DNA of 64,000 bases from Bacilli bacterium. GTDB lineage: Bacteria > Bacillota_I > Bacilli_A > RF39 > UBA660. Positions 37,539 to 45,636 of the stretch are shown here, piece by piece; within the stretch, counting starts at the first letter, position 1, and the number at the start of each line of letters is the position of its first letter. The notes beneath the pieces were generated by a model. It worked only from the letters and a program-made list of their open reading frames with translations. It was not told the origin of the DNA and did no database searches. A program made the position numbers and the translations under genes. The stretch covers positions 205,591-269,590 of the forward strand of contig JAFQQQ010000002.1 of assembly GCA_017410525.1 (NCBI GenBank), given 5' to 3'.

Positions 37539-38438
37539 ATGTTAAAAGTAGAAAATGTAACAAAATATTATGGGGACTTTAAGGCAGTTGATAAACTGTC
37601 TTTTGAAGTAAATAAAGGAGAAATATTTGGACTTCTAGGAGTTAATGGAGCAGGTAAAACTACAACATTTAGAATGATTATGGGATTACTTGATAAAAAT
37701 GAGGGAAGTATTACTTTAGATGATAAAGAAATTGATTATTCAGTTACTGATGATATAGGTTTTTTAACTGAAGAAAGAAGTTTACTTACAAAACTTACAG
37801 TAAAAGAACAAGCAATCTATTTTGGTACTTTAAAAGGTATGAGTGATGAATCTATAATAGAAAGGCTTGATTATCTATTAAAAAAGTTTGGCATAGAAGA
37901 ATATAAAAATAAAAAGATAAAAGAATTATCTAAGGGTAATCAACAAAAAATACAATTTATAACAGCTATTCTAAACTCTCCAAAATTACTCATATTGGAT
38001 GAACCTTTCGCAGGGCTTGATCCATTTAATATTGAACTATTTAAAGAAGAAATATTAAACTTATCTAAAAAAGGGAGTATTATAATTTTCTCTTCTCATA
38101 GAATGGAACACGTAGAATTATTTTGTAAAAAATTAGCGGTCCTTGTAAATGGTAAAGCTGTATTATCAGGTAATATTAAAGATATTAAAGAAAGTTATAT
38201 GAAAAAGAATATCTTTATAAAGGGAGATGTTGAAATAGATAAGTTAAAGAATGTTAAAGGTGTTGAAGAAGTAATAGAACATTCACAAGAGTATGAAGTA
38301 AAAATATCGAGTAAAGAAGCAATACAAAATGTATTTAAATATATAAGCAAGTGTTTTAATGTGACTAAGTTTGTTGTAGAAGAACCAAGTCTAAATGAAA
38401 TATTTATTTCTAAAGTAGGTGAGTCATATGAGAAGTAA
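37539..38438 (+). CDS. ABC transporter ATP-binding protein (NatA-like)
   Basis: GVNGAGKTT, LSKGNQQK, LLILDEPF. Confidence 0.9.
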   Translation: MLKVENVTKYYGDFKAVDKLSFEVNKGEIFGLLGVNGAGKTTTFRMIMGLLDKNEGSITLDDKEIDYSVTDDIGFLTEERSLLTKLTVKEQAIYFGTLKGMSDESIIERLDYLLKKFGIEEYKNKKIKELSKGNQQKIQFITAILNSPKLLILDEPFAGLDPFNIELFKEEILNLSKKGSIIIFSSHRMEHVELFCKKLAVLVNGKAVLSGNIKDIKESYMKKNIFIKGDVEIDKLKNVKGVEEVIEHSQEYEVKISSKEAIQNVFKYISKCFNVTKFVVEEPSLNEIFISKVGESYEK

Positions 38439-39753
38439 ATTAAATTTTTTAATCAATGTTAGCCTGAAGAAAAAGATAAAATCAAAATGGTTCTTAGTTG
38501 CCAATATTGTTATAGGTTTACTTATAGTAGGACTTATAAATCTTGATAGTATAATTACTAAATTTGGTGGAGATTTTAGTGATTCTACTAAAATTTATAT
38601 ATCAGATGAAACAACTGTTATCGCACCTACATTTGAAGAAGCGCTTAATCTTTATGTAACTAATTTATATGGCATGGAAGAGTCTAAATATGAAGTAGAA
38701 ATAACAGATAAAAAATCTAATGAGATGCAGGAAACAATAAAAGACGAAGAAAATAAATCGTTGTTGATAGAAATCTATTATGATGAAAATAATGATATAA
38801 AAGCAAAATTAATTTCTTTGTCAACACTTGATACTTATGATTATCAAATTATAAGCGGTGCTTTAAATACAACAACTAGTATGTATACATTAAGTTCAAT
38901 AGGACTTACAGAAGAACAATACAATAAAATATTAAAAGGCATTGAAATAGATAGGGTTATATTGGATGAATCCATAAAAACAGAAGATGAAAATATGGAA
39001 ATGATAGTAACTACTGTATTTCCTATTATTATCTTACCATTCTTTATGTTAACTATATTCTTAATACAATTTATAGGAACTGAAGTAAACGATGAAAAAT
39101 CTACTAAGAGTATGGAAATAATAATATCTAATGTATCCCCTAAAACTCATTTTGCTTCAAAAATAATTGCTAATAATTTATTTATATTGATGCAAGTAGT
39201 ATTGATGATAATATATGCTATGGTAGGCATTGGAATAAGAAAGGTAATAGGTGGAGACAATATAATAAATGGTATAGGGACAGAAGTATCTAATATGTTT
39301 AATATGATATTGAATGGATCGTTAGGAGAAAAGTTAGTACCAATAATAATATTTACAATTATACTAATGATACTTACATTTATTGCATATTCACTTCTTG
39401 CGGGAATACTTGCATCTATGACAACTAATGCAGAAGATTATCAGCAAGTACAAGGACCTATGGTTATAATACTACTTATAGGTTATTACTTATCAATGAT
39501 AGCAGGTATGTTTGAAGGCTCTGTGCTTATTAAAATATTATCGTTTTTCCCATTTGTTTCGGCTATTCTTTCGCCGTCATTACTTGTAATGGGACAAATA
39601 GGAGTAGTTGAGATAATCATTTCTACAATAATAATGATAATAACAAACTATTTATTAATTAAATATGGTATTAGAATATACAAAGTGGGTATTTTAAATT
39701 ATTCATCTACTGGTATGTGGAAGAAAATGTTTAAGTCATTAAGAAACAAATAA
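38428..39753 (+). CDS. ABC-2 permease (NatB-like)
   Basis: An N-terminal TM, a large extracytoplasmic loop, then about 5 TM helices. ATG at 38428 preferred (AGGTGA RBS). Confidence 0.75.
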   Translation: MRSKLNFLINVSLKKKIKSKWFLVANIVIGLLIVGLINLDSIITKFGGDFSDSTKIYISDETTVIAPTFEEALNLYVTNLYGMEESKYEVEITDKKSNEMQETIKDEENKSLLIEIYYDENNDIKAKLISLSTLDTYDYQIISGALNTTTSMYTLSSIGLTEEQYNKILKGIEIDRVILDESIKTEDENMEMIVTTVFPIIILPFFMLTIFLIQFIGTEVNDEKSTKSMEIIISNVSPKTHFASKIIANNLFILMQVVLMIIYAMVGIGIRKVIGGDNIINGIGTEVSNMFNMILNGSLGEKLVPIIIFTIILMILTFIAYSLLAGILASMTTNAEDYQQVQGPMVIILLIGYYLSMIAGMFEGSVLIKILSFFPFVSAILSPSLLVMGQIGVVEIIISTIIMIITNYLLIKYGIRIYKVGILNYSSTGMWKKMFKSLRNK

Positions 39754-39822
39754 TTGTTTCTTTTTTATTGAAATCTTGGTATAATTAATTGGAAGGCGAG
39801 CGCTAAATCAGCTGTTTTTTAG

Positions 39823-39861
39823 TACTTTTTTCAAAAAAATAAAAATTTTTTGAAAAAAGTA
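39823..39861. repeat. Perfect 16-bp-stem A/T-rich palindrome upstream of the tRNA promoter
   Basis: TACTTTTTTCAAAAAA (39823-39838) pairs with TTTTTTGAAAAAAGTA (39846-39861); 7-nt loop. Confidence 0.8.
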
Positions 39862-39862
39862 T

Positions 39863-39890
39863 TGTCAAAATACGAAAATTAGGATATACT
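39863..39890 (+). promoter_or_regulatory. Promoter of the tRNA-Ile/tRNA-Glu pair
   Basis: TTGTCA (39863-39868), 16-nt spacer, TATACT (39885-39890), about 22 nt before the tRNA 5' end. Confidence 0.55.
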
Positions 39891-39912
39891 TATATAGTCA
39901 TATCTTTTTGAT

Positions 39913-39989
<77 letters not shown>

Positions 39990-40003
39990 TCTTATTAAAA
40001 TAT

Positions 40004-40080
40004 GGCCGGTTGGTGAAGCGGCTTAACACACATGCCTTTCACGCATGCATTCACGGGTCCGAATCCCGTACCGGTCACCA
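40004..40080 (+). tRNA. tRNA-Glu (anticodon UUC)
   Basis: Acceptor GGCCGGT/ACCGGTC, anticodon stem CATGC/GCATG with loop CTTTCAC, T-arm GGGTCCGAATCCC, CCA encoded. Confidence 0.9.
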
Positions 40081-40090
40081 TATGTTAATT

Positions 40091-40119
40091 AACCCTTGAT
40101 TTTCAAGGGTTTTTATTTT
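40091..40119 (+). terminator. Terminator after tRNA-Glu
   Basis: AACCCTTGA TTT TCAAGGGTT followed by TTTATTTT. Confidence 0.7.
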
Positions 40120-40254
40120 GTCGTTTGAGTTTTGGTCTTGTTTTTGGTCTTGTAACTCGTTTTTTTTTTGAACTTTTTTATTTCCTTTTGTCAATATAAA
40201 ATAAAAAACGAAAAAAACATTGAAAAAAAGATCAAAAATATAGAAGTTTTTAAA

Positions 40255-40351
40255 TGGTGACCGGTAAGAAACCCGGACCCACTTATAGCTATAGTGAATA
40301 CCTGCGTGAGTGTGTGTTAAGATTTGATAAAATAAATTGACCTCTCGCTTA
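40255..40351 (-). repeat. Inverted, internally deleted, decayed copy of the tRNA-Ile(3' half)/tRNA-Glu pair (copy 1)
   Basis: The reverse complement reads TAAGCGAGAGGTC...CTTAACACACACTCACGCAGGTATTCAC...GGGTCCGGGTTTCTTACCGGTCACCA. This aligns block by block with 39949-40080 (TAAGCGTGAGGTC...CTTAACACACATGCCTTTCACGCATGCATTCACGGGTCCGAATCCCGTACCGGTCACCA). Confidence 0.75.
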
Positions 40352-40418
40352 TTTAAAAAAAGTTGATATTTTTTTCTTTTGTGATATAATATAAGAAATT
40401 TTTGTAGGGGGATAATTT

Positions 40419-40700
40419 ATGAAAGAAATCACGTTTTATAGAACATATAGTTATGGTGGTATGGAAGGTAGAAACAAAGAAGTGAGAAATTTTGAAACAG
40501 TAGAGTTAGCTGTTCAAGATGCTCTTAAAGATACTTGGAATGACCAATTTAAATTATATAAAGTAAAAATGATATTTGATGGAAAAATAACAGAAGAAGA
40601 AAAGTACATAGAACCTTTAGTGTGTGGTAGAGATTTAATTTCTGATAATCCATTGAATAAATTAAATTTAGAATCTTTAACTAAACCAAAAAGAAAATAG
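40419..40700 (+). CDS. Hypothetical protein (island ORF)
   Basis: 93-aa ORF with a GGGGGA RBS and an upstream TTGATA...TATAAT promoter. No family recognised. Confidence 0.5.
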   Translation: MKEITFYRTYSYGGMEGRNKEVRNFETVELAVQDALKDTWNDQFKLYKVKMIFDGKITEEEKYIEPLVCGRDLISDNPLNKLNLESLTKPKRK

Positions 40701-40784
40701 TGTTGTATCTTGATTTTTAGATTTTATTTAGTAGTTAACGTTTGTCAAAAAATTTTTAAAAAAACATAAAAAGGAGTTTCTGTA

Positions 40785-41345
40785 ATGAAAGAAAAATTAT
40801 TTAATACAAGTGATGGTATAAAATATAAATTCTCAAGATTTTATATTATTAAAAATAATTATTTATTTAGTACTAGTAATGCTAATTTAGGTCATAATTT
40901 AAAAACTTGTTGTTGTATAAAAAAGTTAGGTTCAAATGTTCGTCCTAAAATTTATTTAGATATAAAAAAGGATAATAAGATAATCATGAAAAACAAACTT
41001 ATAGGTGATTACCAAGCATTAATGGATTTTATAGTGGAACACCAGAATGATTTTATATTTATAAAAGGTTTTAGTAGAGCTAGTATGGCTGAATTTATAG
41101 CAATGCTTAATATCAAAAAGCAGATGAATATTAAACCTGTAAAATTTAAAAATAAAATATTAGAGGCACAATACGAAAGACATTTACTAACAAAAGAACA
41201 ACGCATTGAAGAATTAAATAAAAAATTAGAAAATGGCGCAGAAGTTGATAGTGCTGAGCAATATATGAAAATTACCAATTCAGTATTTGGTATAAATAGA
41301 TATAAGTCTAGACAAAAAATTATACAATTAAGAAAAAATAGTTAG
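40785..41345 (+). CDS. Hypothetical protein (island ORF)
   Basis: 186-aa ORF with an AAAGGAG RBS and a lysine-rich C-terminal helical region. No family recognised. Confidence 0.5.
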   Translation: MKEKLFNTSDGIKYKFSRFYIIKNNYLFSTSNANLGHNLKTCCCIKKLGSNVRPKIYLDIKKDNKIIMKNKLIGDYQALMDFIVEHQNDFIFIKGFSRASMAEFIAMLNIKKQMNIKPVKFKNKILEAQYERHLLTKEQRIEELNKKLENGAEVDSAEQYMKITNSVFGINRYKSRQKIIQLRKNS

Positions 41346-41541
41346 GCTAAATAACTATTTTTTGTTTTAGTCTTATTTTGGTCTTGTGGTTTGGTCTTGT
41401 AAATGGTTACTATTTGTTAAAATTATCAAAATAAACAGTAACAAAAAATGATAAAACAGTAACACGAAATCCCTTTGTTTTTAAGGCAATATGGCATTAG
41501 CCCTTTATTTTCAATAATTTTCTAAAAATAGAAGTTCACAT

Positions 41542-41558
41542 TCCCGTACCGGTCACCA
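41542..41558 (+). repeat. Direct repeat of the tRNA-Glu 3' end (candidate attR-type scar)
   Basis: TCCCGTACCGGTCACCA is identical to 40064-40080. The flanks are also related (TTCAC before; TATGTTAATTA versus TTTATGAATTA after). Confidence 0.8.
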
Positions 41559-41605
41559 TTTATGAATTAGAAACCATTTTATATGGTTTTTTTCTTTATA
41601 TAATT

Positions 41606-41709
41606 GTGAACGCATTGCGTGGTGTGAGTGATTAAGCCTTATATGGTTTTGAGTAAGTATTAATACTAAAATAACTGAATGGAATGAACCTGAATAGACC
41701 TCTCGCTTA
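41606..41709 (-). repeat. Inverted decayed copy of tRNA-Ile 3' half plus tRNA-Glu 5' part (copy 2)
   Basis: The reverse complement reads TAAGCGAGAGGTCTATTCAGGTTCATTCCATTCAG...GGCTTAATCACTCACACCACGCAATGCGTTCAC. The genuine sequence is TAAGCGTGAGGTCGATGGTTCAAGTCCATTCAG...GGCTTAACACACATGCCTTTCACGCATGCATTCAC. It shares the T->A change with copy 1. Confidence 0.7.
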
Positions 41710-41771
41710 AATTAATAATTTATGTTATAATTAAATTGTCATATAAATGATAAGTTGTAAGGAGGAAATAC

Positions 41772-42419
41772 ATGAATAATACTATAGTAACATATGAAAC
41801 ATTCCATGGAAGTGCGAAGAAGATAGCTAATATAATTTCTGATAAATTAAATTGCAAATGTATTAATATAGATACACCTTTTGAAGCTGAAGATTTAAAA
41901 GAAATAGATAATATAATATTAGTATTTAACTTTAGAGGGCCATATACTGCTCAATTAACTAAATTATATTTAAATAGAGTTAAAGAACAGTTAAAAAATA
42001 AAAATGTAATTTTAGTAGGTGAAGGATTATTTTCAGAAAAAGAATTCCCTGTAGTAGCAGATGAAATATACAAAAATAACCCATCAAAAACATTTAACAA
42101 ATTTTTTGTTAATGGACAATTAAGAATGGAAACATTATTTCCAGAAGAAAGAGCTCTACTTAAAAAGTTTAGTGAAATAACTGGTATGGAAATAAAAGAT
42201 ATGGGAGAACTTGATTTGAAGAAAGCAGAAGAAGTTGCTAATGAAATTGAAAGATTGATTGAAACGGATGAATTTAAGACTCCAATAGAAAATGAAACAA
42301 ATGAAAATCAAGGAACAAAGTGGGTTTGTCCAGTATGTGGGTATATCCACTATGGAGATAATCCACCAGAAAAATGTCCTTTGTGTGGAGTACCTAAAGA
42401 ACTTTTTAGAAAAGAATAA
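41772..42419 (+). CDS. Flavodoxin-like domain protein with a C-terminal rubredoxin-type zinc/iron ribbon
   Basis: N-terminus IVTYETFHGSAKKIA (flavodoxin-like). C-terminus WVCPVCGYIHYGDNPPEKCPLCG (CxxC...CxxC rubredoxin knuckles). Confidence 0.6.
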   Translation: MNNTIVTYETFHGSAKKIANIISDKLNCKCINIDTPFEAEDLKEIDNIILVFNFRGPYTAQLTKLYLNRVKEQLKNKNVILVGEGLFSEKEFPVVADEIYKNNPSKTFNKFFVNGQLRMETLFPEERALLKKFSEITGMEIKDMGELDLKKAEEVANEIERLIETDEFKTPIENETNENQGTKWVCPVCGYIHYGDNPPEKCPLCGVPKELFRKE

Positions 42420-42471
42420 AAAAAGTTTGAATAATTAAAATATAAGTAGTATAATTTAATTATTCTTTTAT

Positions 42472-42546
42472 TGCCCCATAGCCAAGCGGTAAGGCAGTGG
42501 ACTCTGACTCCAATATGCGAAAGTTCGAATCTTTCTGGGGCAACCA
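42472..42546 (+). tRNA. tRNA-Gln (anticodon CUG)
   Basis: TGCCCCATAGCCAAGCGGTAAGGCAGTGGACTCTGACTCCAAT...TGGGGCAACCA. The anticodon loop is CTCTGAC. Confidence 0.9.
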
Positions 42547-42549
42547 AGT

Positions 42550-42636
42550 GCAAGAATGGCGGAATTGGTAGACGCACTACTTTGAGGGGGTAGTGACTAT
42601 ATGGTCGTGGGAGTTCAAGTCTCCTTTCTTGTACCA
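42550..42636 (+). tRNA. tRNA-Leu (anticodon GAG), long variable arm
   Basis: GCAAGAATGGCGGAATTGGTAGACGC..., anticodon loop TTGAGGG, variable arm GTGACTATATGGTCGT, T-arm GGGAGTTCAAGTCTCC, CCA encoded. Confidence 0.85.
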
Positions 42637-42638
42637 AT

Positions 42639-42712
42639 GCTGATTTAGTTTAGTGGTAAAACAAAAGCATGGTAAGCTTTAGAGGACTGTTCAATTCAGT
42701 CATTCAGCACCA
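42639..42712 (+). tRNA. tRNA-Thr (anticodon GGU)
   Basis: GCTGATTTAGTTTAGTGGTAAAAC..., anticodon stem AAGC/GCTT with loop ATGGTAA, T-arm GACTGTTCAATTCAGTC, CCA encoded. One T-T mismatch in the acceptor stem. Confidence 0.75.
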
Positions 42713-42717
42713 CTTTT

Positions 42718-42791
42718 GGGAAACTTGCTCAATTGGTTAGAGCGCTTGCTTGACGTGCAAGAGATCAAGGGTTCGAGTCCTATGTTTCTCA
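42718..42791 (+). tRNA. tRNA-Val (anticodon GAC), CCA not encoded
   Basis: GGGAAACTTGCTCAATTGGTTAGAGCG, anticodon stem CTTGC/GCAAG with loop TTGACGT, T-arm AGGGTTCGAGTCCT. The 3' end is ...GTTTCTCA followed by CTA. Confidence 0.8.
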
Positions 42792-42815
42792 CTATTATTT
42801 TTAACCCTTAAACAC

Positions 42816-42844
42816 TTGTTACAAAATATTAGGTATGTTATAAT
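42816..42844 (+). promoter_or_regulatory. Promoter of the P-type ATPase gene
   Basis: TTGTTA (42816-42821), 17-nt spacer, TATAAT (42839-42844). Confidence 0.55.
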
Positions 42845-42946
42845 TATTATAGATAAGAAGTAGTTAACATACCACACAATTAATGGTTTAATTAATGAGA
42901 CTTATCTACTACAGTAGTAAGTCTTTTTATTTTAGAGGTGATTAAA

Positions 42947-45583
42947 ATGTTTTATAATAAAGATATAAAAGAAATAGAAAAAGAATTAAATACAAGCATA
43001 GATGGTTTAACAGAAAATGAAGTAAAAAAGAGGATAGAAAAATATGGTAAAAATATATTACCTAAAAATAAAAAAGATAGTATATTAAAATTATTTTTTA
43101 ATGAACTTAAAGATCCTATTATATTACTTTTGATAGTTGCTATAATTGTTTCTATAATTGCCGGAGAGGTAATAGATGCGCTTGCGATATTTTTTATAGT
43201 TCTTATTGATTTAATTATGGGAACATATCAAGAAAATAAAGCAAATAACACAGCAGAAGCATTAGAAAATCTAGTTAAGCAAGAAGTTAAAGTAATAAGA
43301 AATGGTGAAATAGTAAAAGTTGCATCAGAAGAACTTACAATAGGGGATATAGTTATACTTGAATCGGGAGATAAAATATCTGCTGATATGAGAATTATAG
43401 AAGCGCATAACTTAATGGTTGATGAAGCAATTTTAACTGGTGAAAGTGTTCAAGTAAATAAGAATGGTGAAATTGTTAACATAAGTAATGCTCAAATAAC
43501 TGAACAAGATAATATGTTATTTTCTGGTACTAGTGTAGTTAAAGGTAGAGCTAAAGCAATAGTTGTTTCCATAGGCCTTTCTACTGAAATTGGTAAAATA
43601 GCTAGAAGTATAAATGAAACCAAAGAAGAAAAATCCCCTTTAACAATAAGAGTAGAAAAATTTTCAAAACAAATAAGTGTTTTAGTATTGGTAATAGCTA
43701 TAGTTATAACATTCTTGCTCATTTCAAAAGGAGAAAAACCTGATGCTATATTCTTATCTGTTGTTGCACTTGCAGTGTCTGCTATGCCAGAAGGACTTCC
43801 TTTAGCACTCACAATGGCTCTTACAATAGCTTCAAATAAAATGGCGAAGAAAAATGTAATAGTAAGAAAATTAAAATCAGTAGAATCACTTGGAAGTTGT
43901 ACTGTAATCGCTAGTGATAAAACAGGTACTCTTACAGTAAATGAACAAACTGCAAAAAAAATATTATTACCTAATAATACAGAATACAAAATAGAAGGAA
44001 TTGGTTATAGTACAAAAGGAAAAGTGTTAGGAGATAATATAGAATTTGCTAAAGAAATAGGTTTGCTTGGAACCATTAACAATGAAGCAATTATGACCGA
44101 TGAAAAAATTGTGGGAGATTCTATAGATGTAGCATTCTTGGTAATGGGTAAAAAATTAAATGTAGATACAAAAAATATAAATACTTTAGAAATAATTGCG
44201 TATGAATCAGAAAATAAATATTCAGCAGTTTTCTATGAGTTAGATAATGAAATTTATTGTACTGTTAAAGGTTCATTAGAAGTTGTTAAAAAATTTTGTA
44301 ATAATATAAATTTAATTGATCAAAAAACAACTTCAAACGTACTTGATGAACAAAATGAAATGCTTGCGCGTAATGGTTATAGAGTAATCGCGCTCGCTAA
44401 TGGTAAAATTCATAAGAAAGATAAATATAGTGAAAAAGATATTAAAAATTTAACTTTTATGGGAATGGTAGGTTTTATTGATCCTATAAGAAAAGAGGTA
44501 GTTGATTCTATTGATGAATGTAGAACAGCAGGTATAAAAGTTTTAATGATTACAGGAGATCATCCGTTAACTGCTTTTTCAATTGCTAAAGAATTAAAAT
44601 TAACTGAAGAGTTTTATGATGTAACAACTGGAATAGAAGTAGATGAATATTTTAAAAAAGGAGAAAAAGAATTTGATGAATATGTAAAATCAAAATGTAT
44701 ATTTACAAGAGTTACCCCTTTACAAAAATTAGAAATAGTTGAATCATTAAAAAGACAAGGTGAGTTTGTTGCTGTTACAGGTGATGGAGTAAACGATGCT
44801 CCTGCGCTCAAAGCTGCTAATATAGGTATTGCTATGGGTAGTGGGACTGATATAGCTAGAGAAACAGCAAACATGATAGTAATTGATGATAATTTTAAAT
44901 CGATAGTTGCAGGTGTTAAAGAAGGTAGAATTGCTTATGCTAATATTAGGAAGATAATTTTATTCTTAATTTCTTGCGGCCTTGCTGAAGTATTGTTCTT
45001 CTGTTTATCAATTATATTTGATTTACCAATGCCTTTAGTTGCTATTCAACTTTTATGGCTTAATGTAGTAACAGATGGTATACAAGATTTTGCTTTATCT
45101 TTTGAAAGAGCAGAAGAAGGAATAATGAATGAAAAACCAAGAAATCCTAAAGAACCTTTATTTGATAAAAGTTTATTCGATGGTATTATGCTTTCAGGTT
45201 TAACTATAGGTTTGGTAGTGTTTGCAGTATGGTTCTATTTAATAAGGGTTATTAAAATTGATATAGATACCTCAAGAGGATATATAATGGCTTTGATGGT
45301 ATTTATTCAAAATATACATGTATTTAATTGTAGAAGTGAAAAACAATCCGCTTTAAAAGTGCCAATAAAGAAAAATAAATTAATATTATATGGAGTAATA
45401 TTCTCAATATTTTTACAAATTATAGTTATGGAAGTTCCTATATTATCAAGCTTCTTGAAAACAACTTCAATACCTGTTCTAAATCTAATAGTATTACTTA
45501 TAATGGCCACAATAGTTTTAATAGTATTAGAACTATATAAAAAAATAAAATATAATAAGAAAAATCTAATTAAAGAAAATTAG
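42947..45583 (+). CDS. P-type cation-transporting ATPase (Ca2+-ATPase-like, P2 type)
   Basis: TGES, DKTGTLT, MITGDHP and GDGVNDAPALK motifs, about 10 TM helices. ATG at 42947 preferred (AGAGGTGA RBS). Confidence 0.9.
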   Translation: MFYNKDIKEIEKELNTSIDGLTENEVKKRIEKYGKNILPKNKKDSILKLFFNELKDPIILLLIVAIIVSIIAGEVIDALAIFFIVLIDLIMGTYQENKANNTAEALENLVKQEVKVIRNGEIVKVASEELTIGDIVILESGDKISADMRIIEAHNLMVDEAILTGESVQVNKNGEIVNISNAQITEQDNMLFSGTSVVKGRAKAIVVSIGLSTEIGKIARSINETKEEKSPLTIRVEKFSKQISVLVLVIAIVITFLLISKGEKPDAIFLSVVALAVSAMPEGLPLALTMALTIASNKMAKKNVIVRKLKSVESLGSCTVIASDKTGTLTVNEQTAKKILLPNNTEYKIEGIGYSTKGKVLGDNIEFAKEIGLLGTINNEAIMTDEKIVGDSIDVAFLVMGKKLNVDTKNINTLEIIAYESENKYSAVFYELDNEIYCTVKGSLEVVKKFCNNINLIDQKTTSNVLDEQNEMLARNGYRVIALANGKIHKKDKYSEKDIKNLTFMGMVGFIDPIRKEVVDSIDECRTAGIKVLMITGDHPLTAFSIAKELKLTEEFYDVTTGIEVDEYFKKGEKEFDEYVKSKCIFTRVTPLQKLEIVESLKRQGEFVAVTGDGVNDAPALKAANIGIAMGSGTDIARETANMIVIDDNFKSIVAGVKEGRIAYANIRKIILFLISCGLAEVLFFCLSIIFDLPMPLVAIQLLWLNVVTDGIQDFALSFERAEEGIMNEKPRNPKEPLFDKSLFDGIMLSGLTIGLVVFAVWFYLIRVIKIDIDTSRGYIMALMVFIQNIHVFNCRSEKQSALKVPIKKNKLILYGVIFSIFLQIIVMEVPILSSFLKTTSIPVLNLIVLLIMATIVLIVLELYKKIKYNKKNLIKEN

Positions 45584-45636
45584 ATTTTTTTGTATAAAAA
45601 GAAAAAAATGAATCAATATATAATTGGAGGGATTTT

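Noticed and set aside
42350-42637. 95-aa minus-strand ORF spanning 42350-42637.
   Set aside because: It runs antisense across tRNA-Gln and tRNA-Leu and the end of the flavodoxin-rubredoxin gene. It is an artefact of the GC-richer tRNA sequence lacking stop codons.
42831-42873. 9-bp inverted repeat GGTATGTTA...TAACATACC as an RNA hairpin in the ATPase leader.
   Set aside because: Its left arm overlaps the predicted -10 region, so it would not be transcribed from that promoter. At most it is a DNA operator. Only the downstream hairpin was kept.
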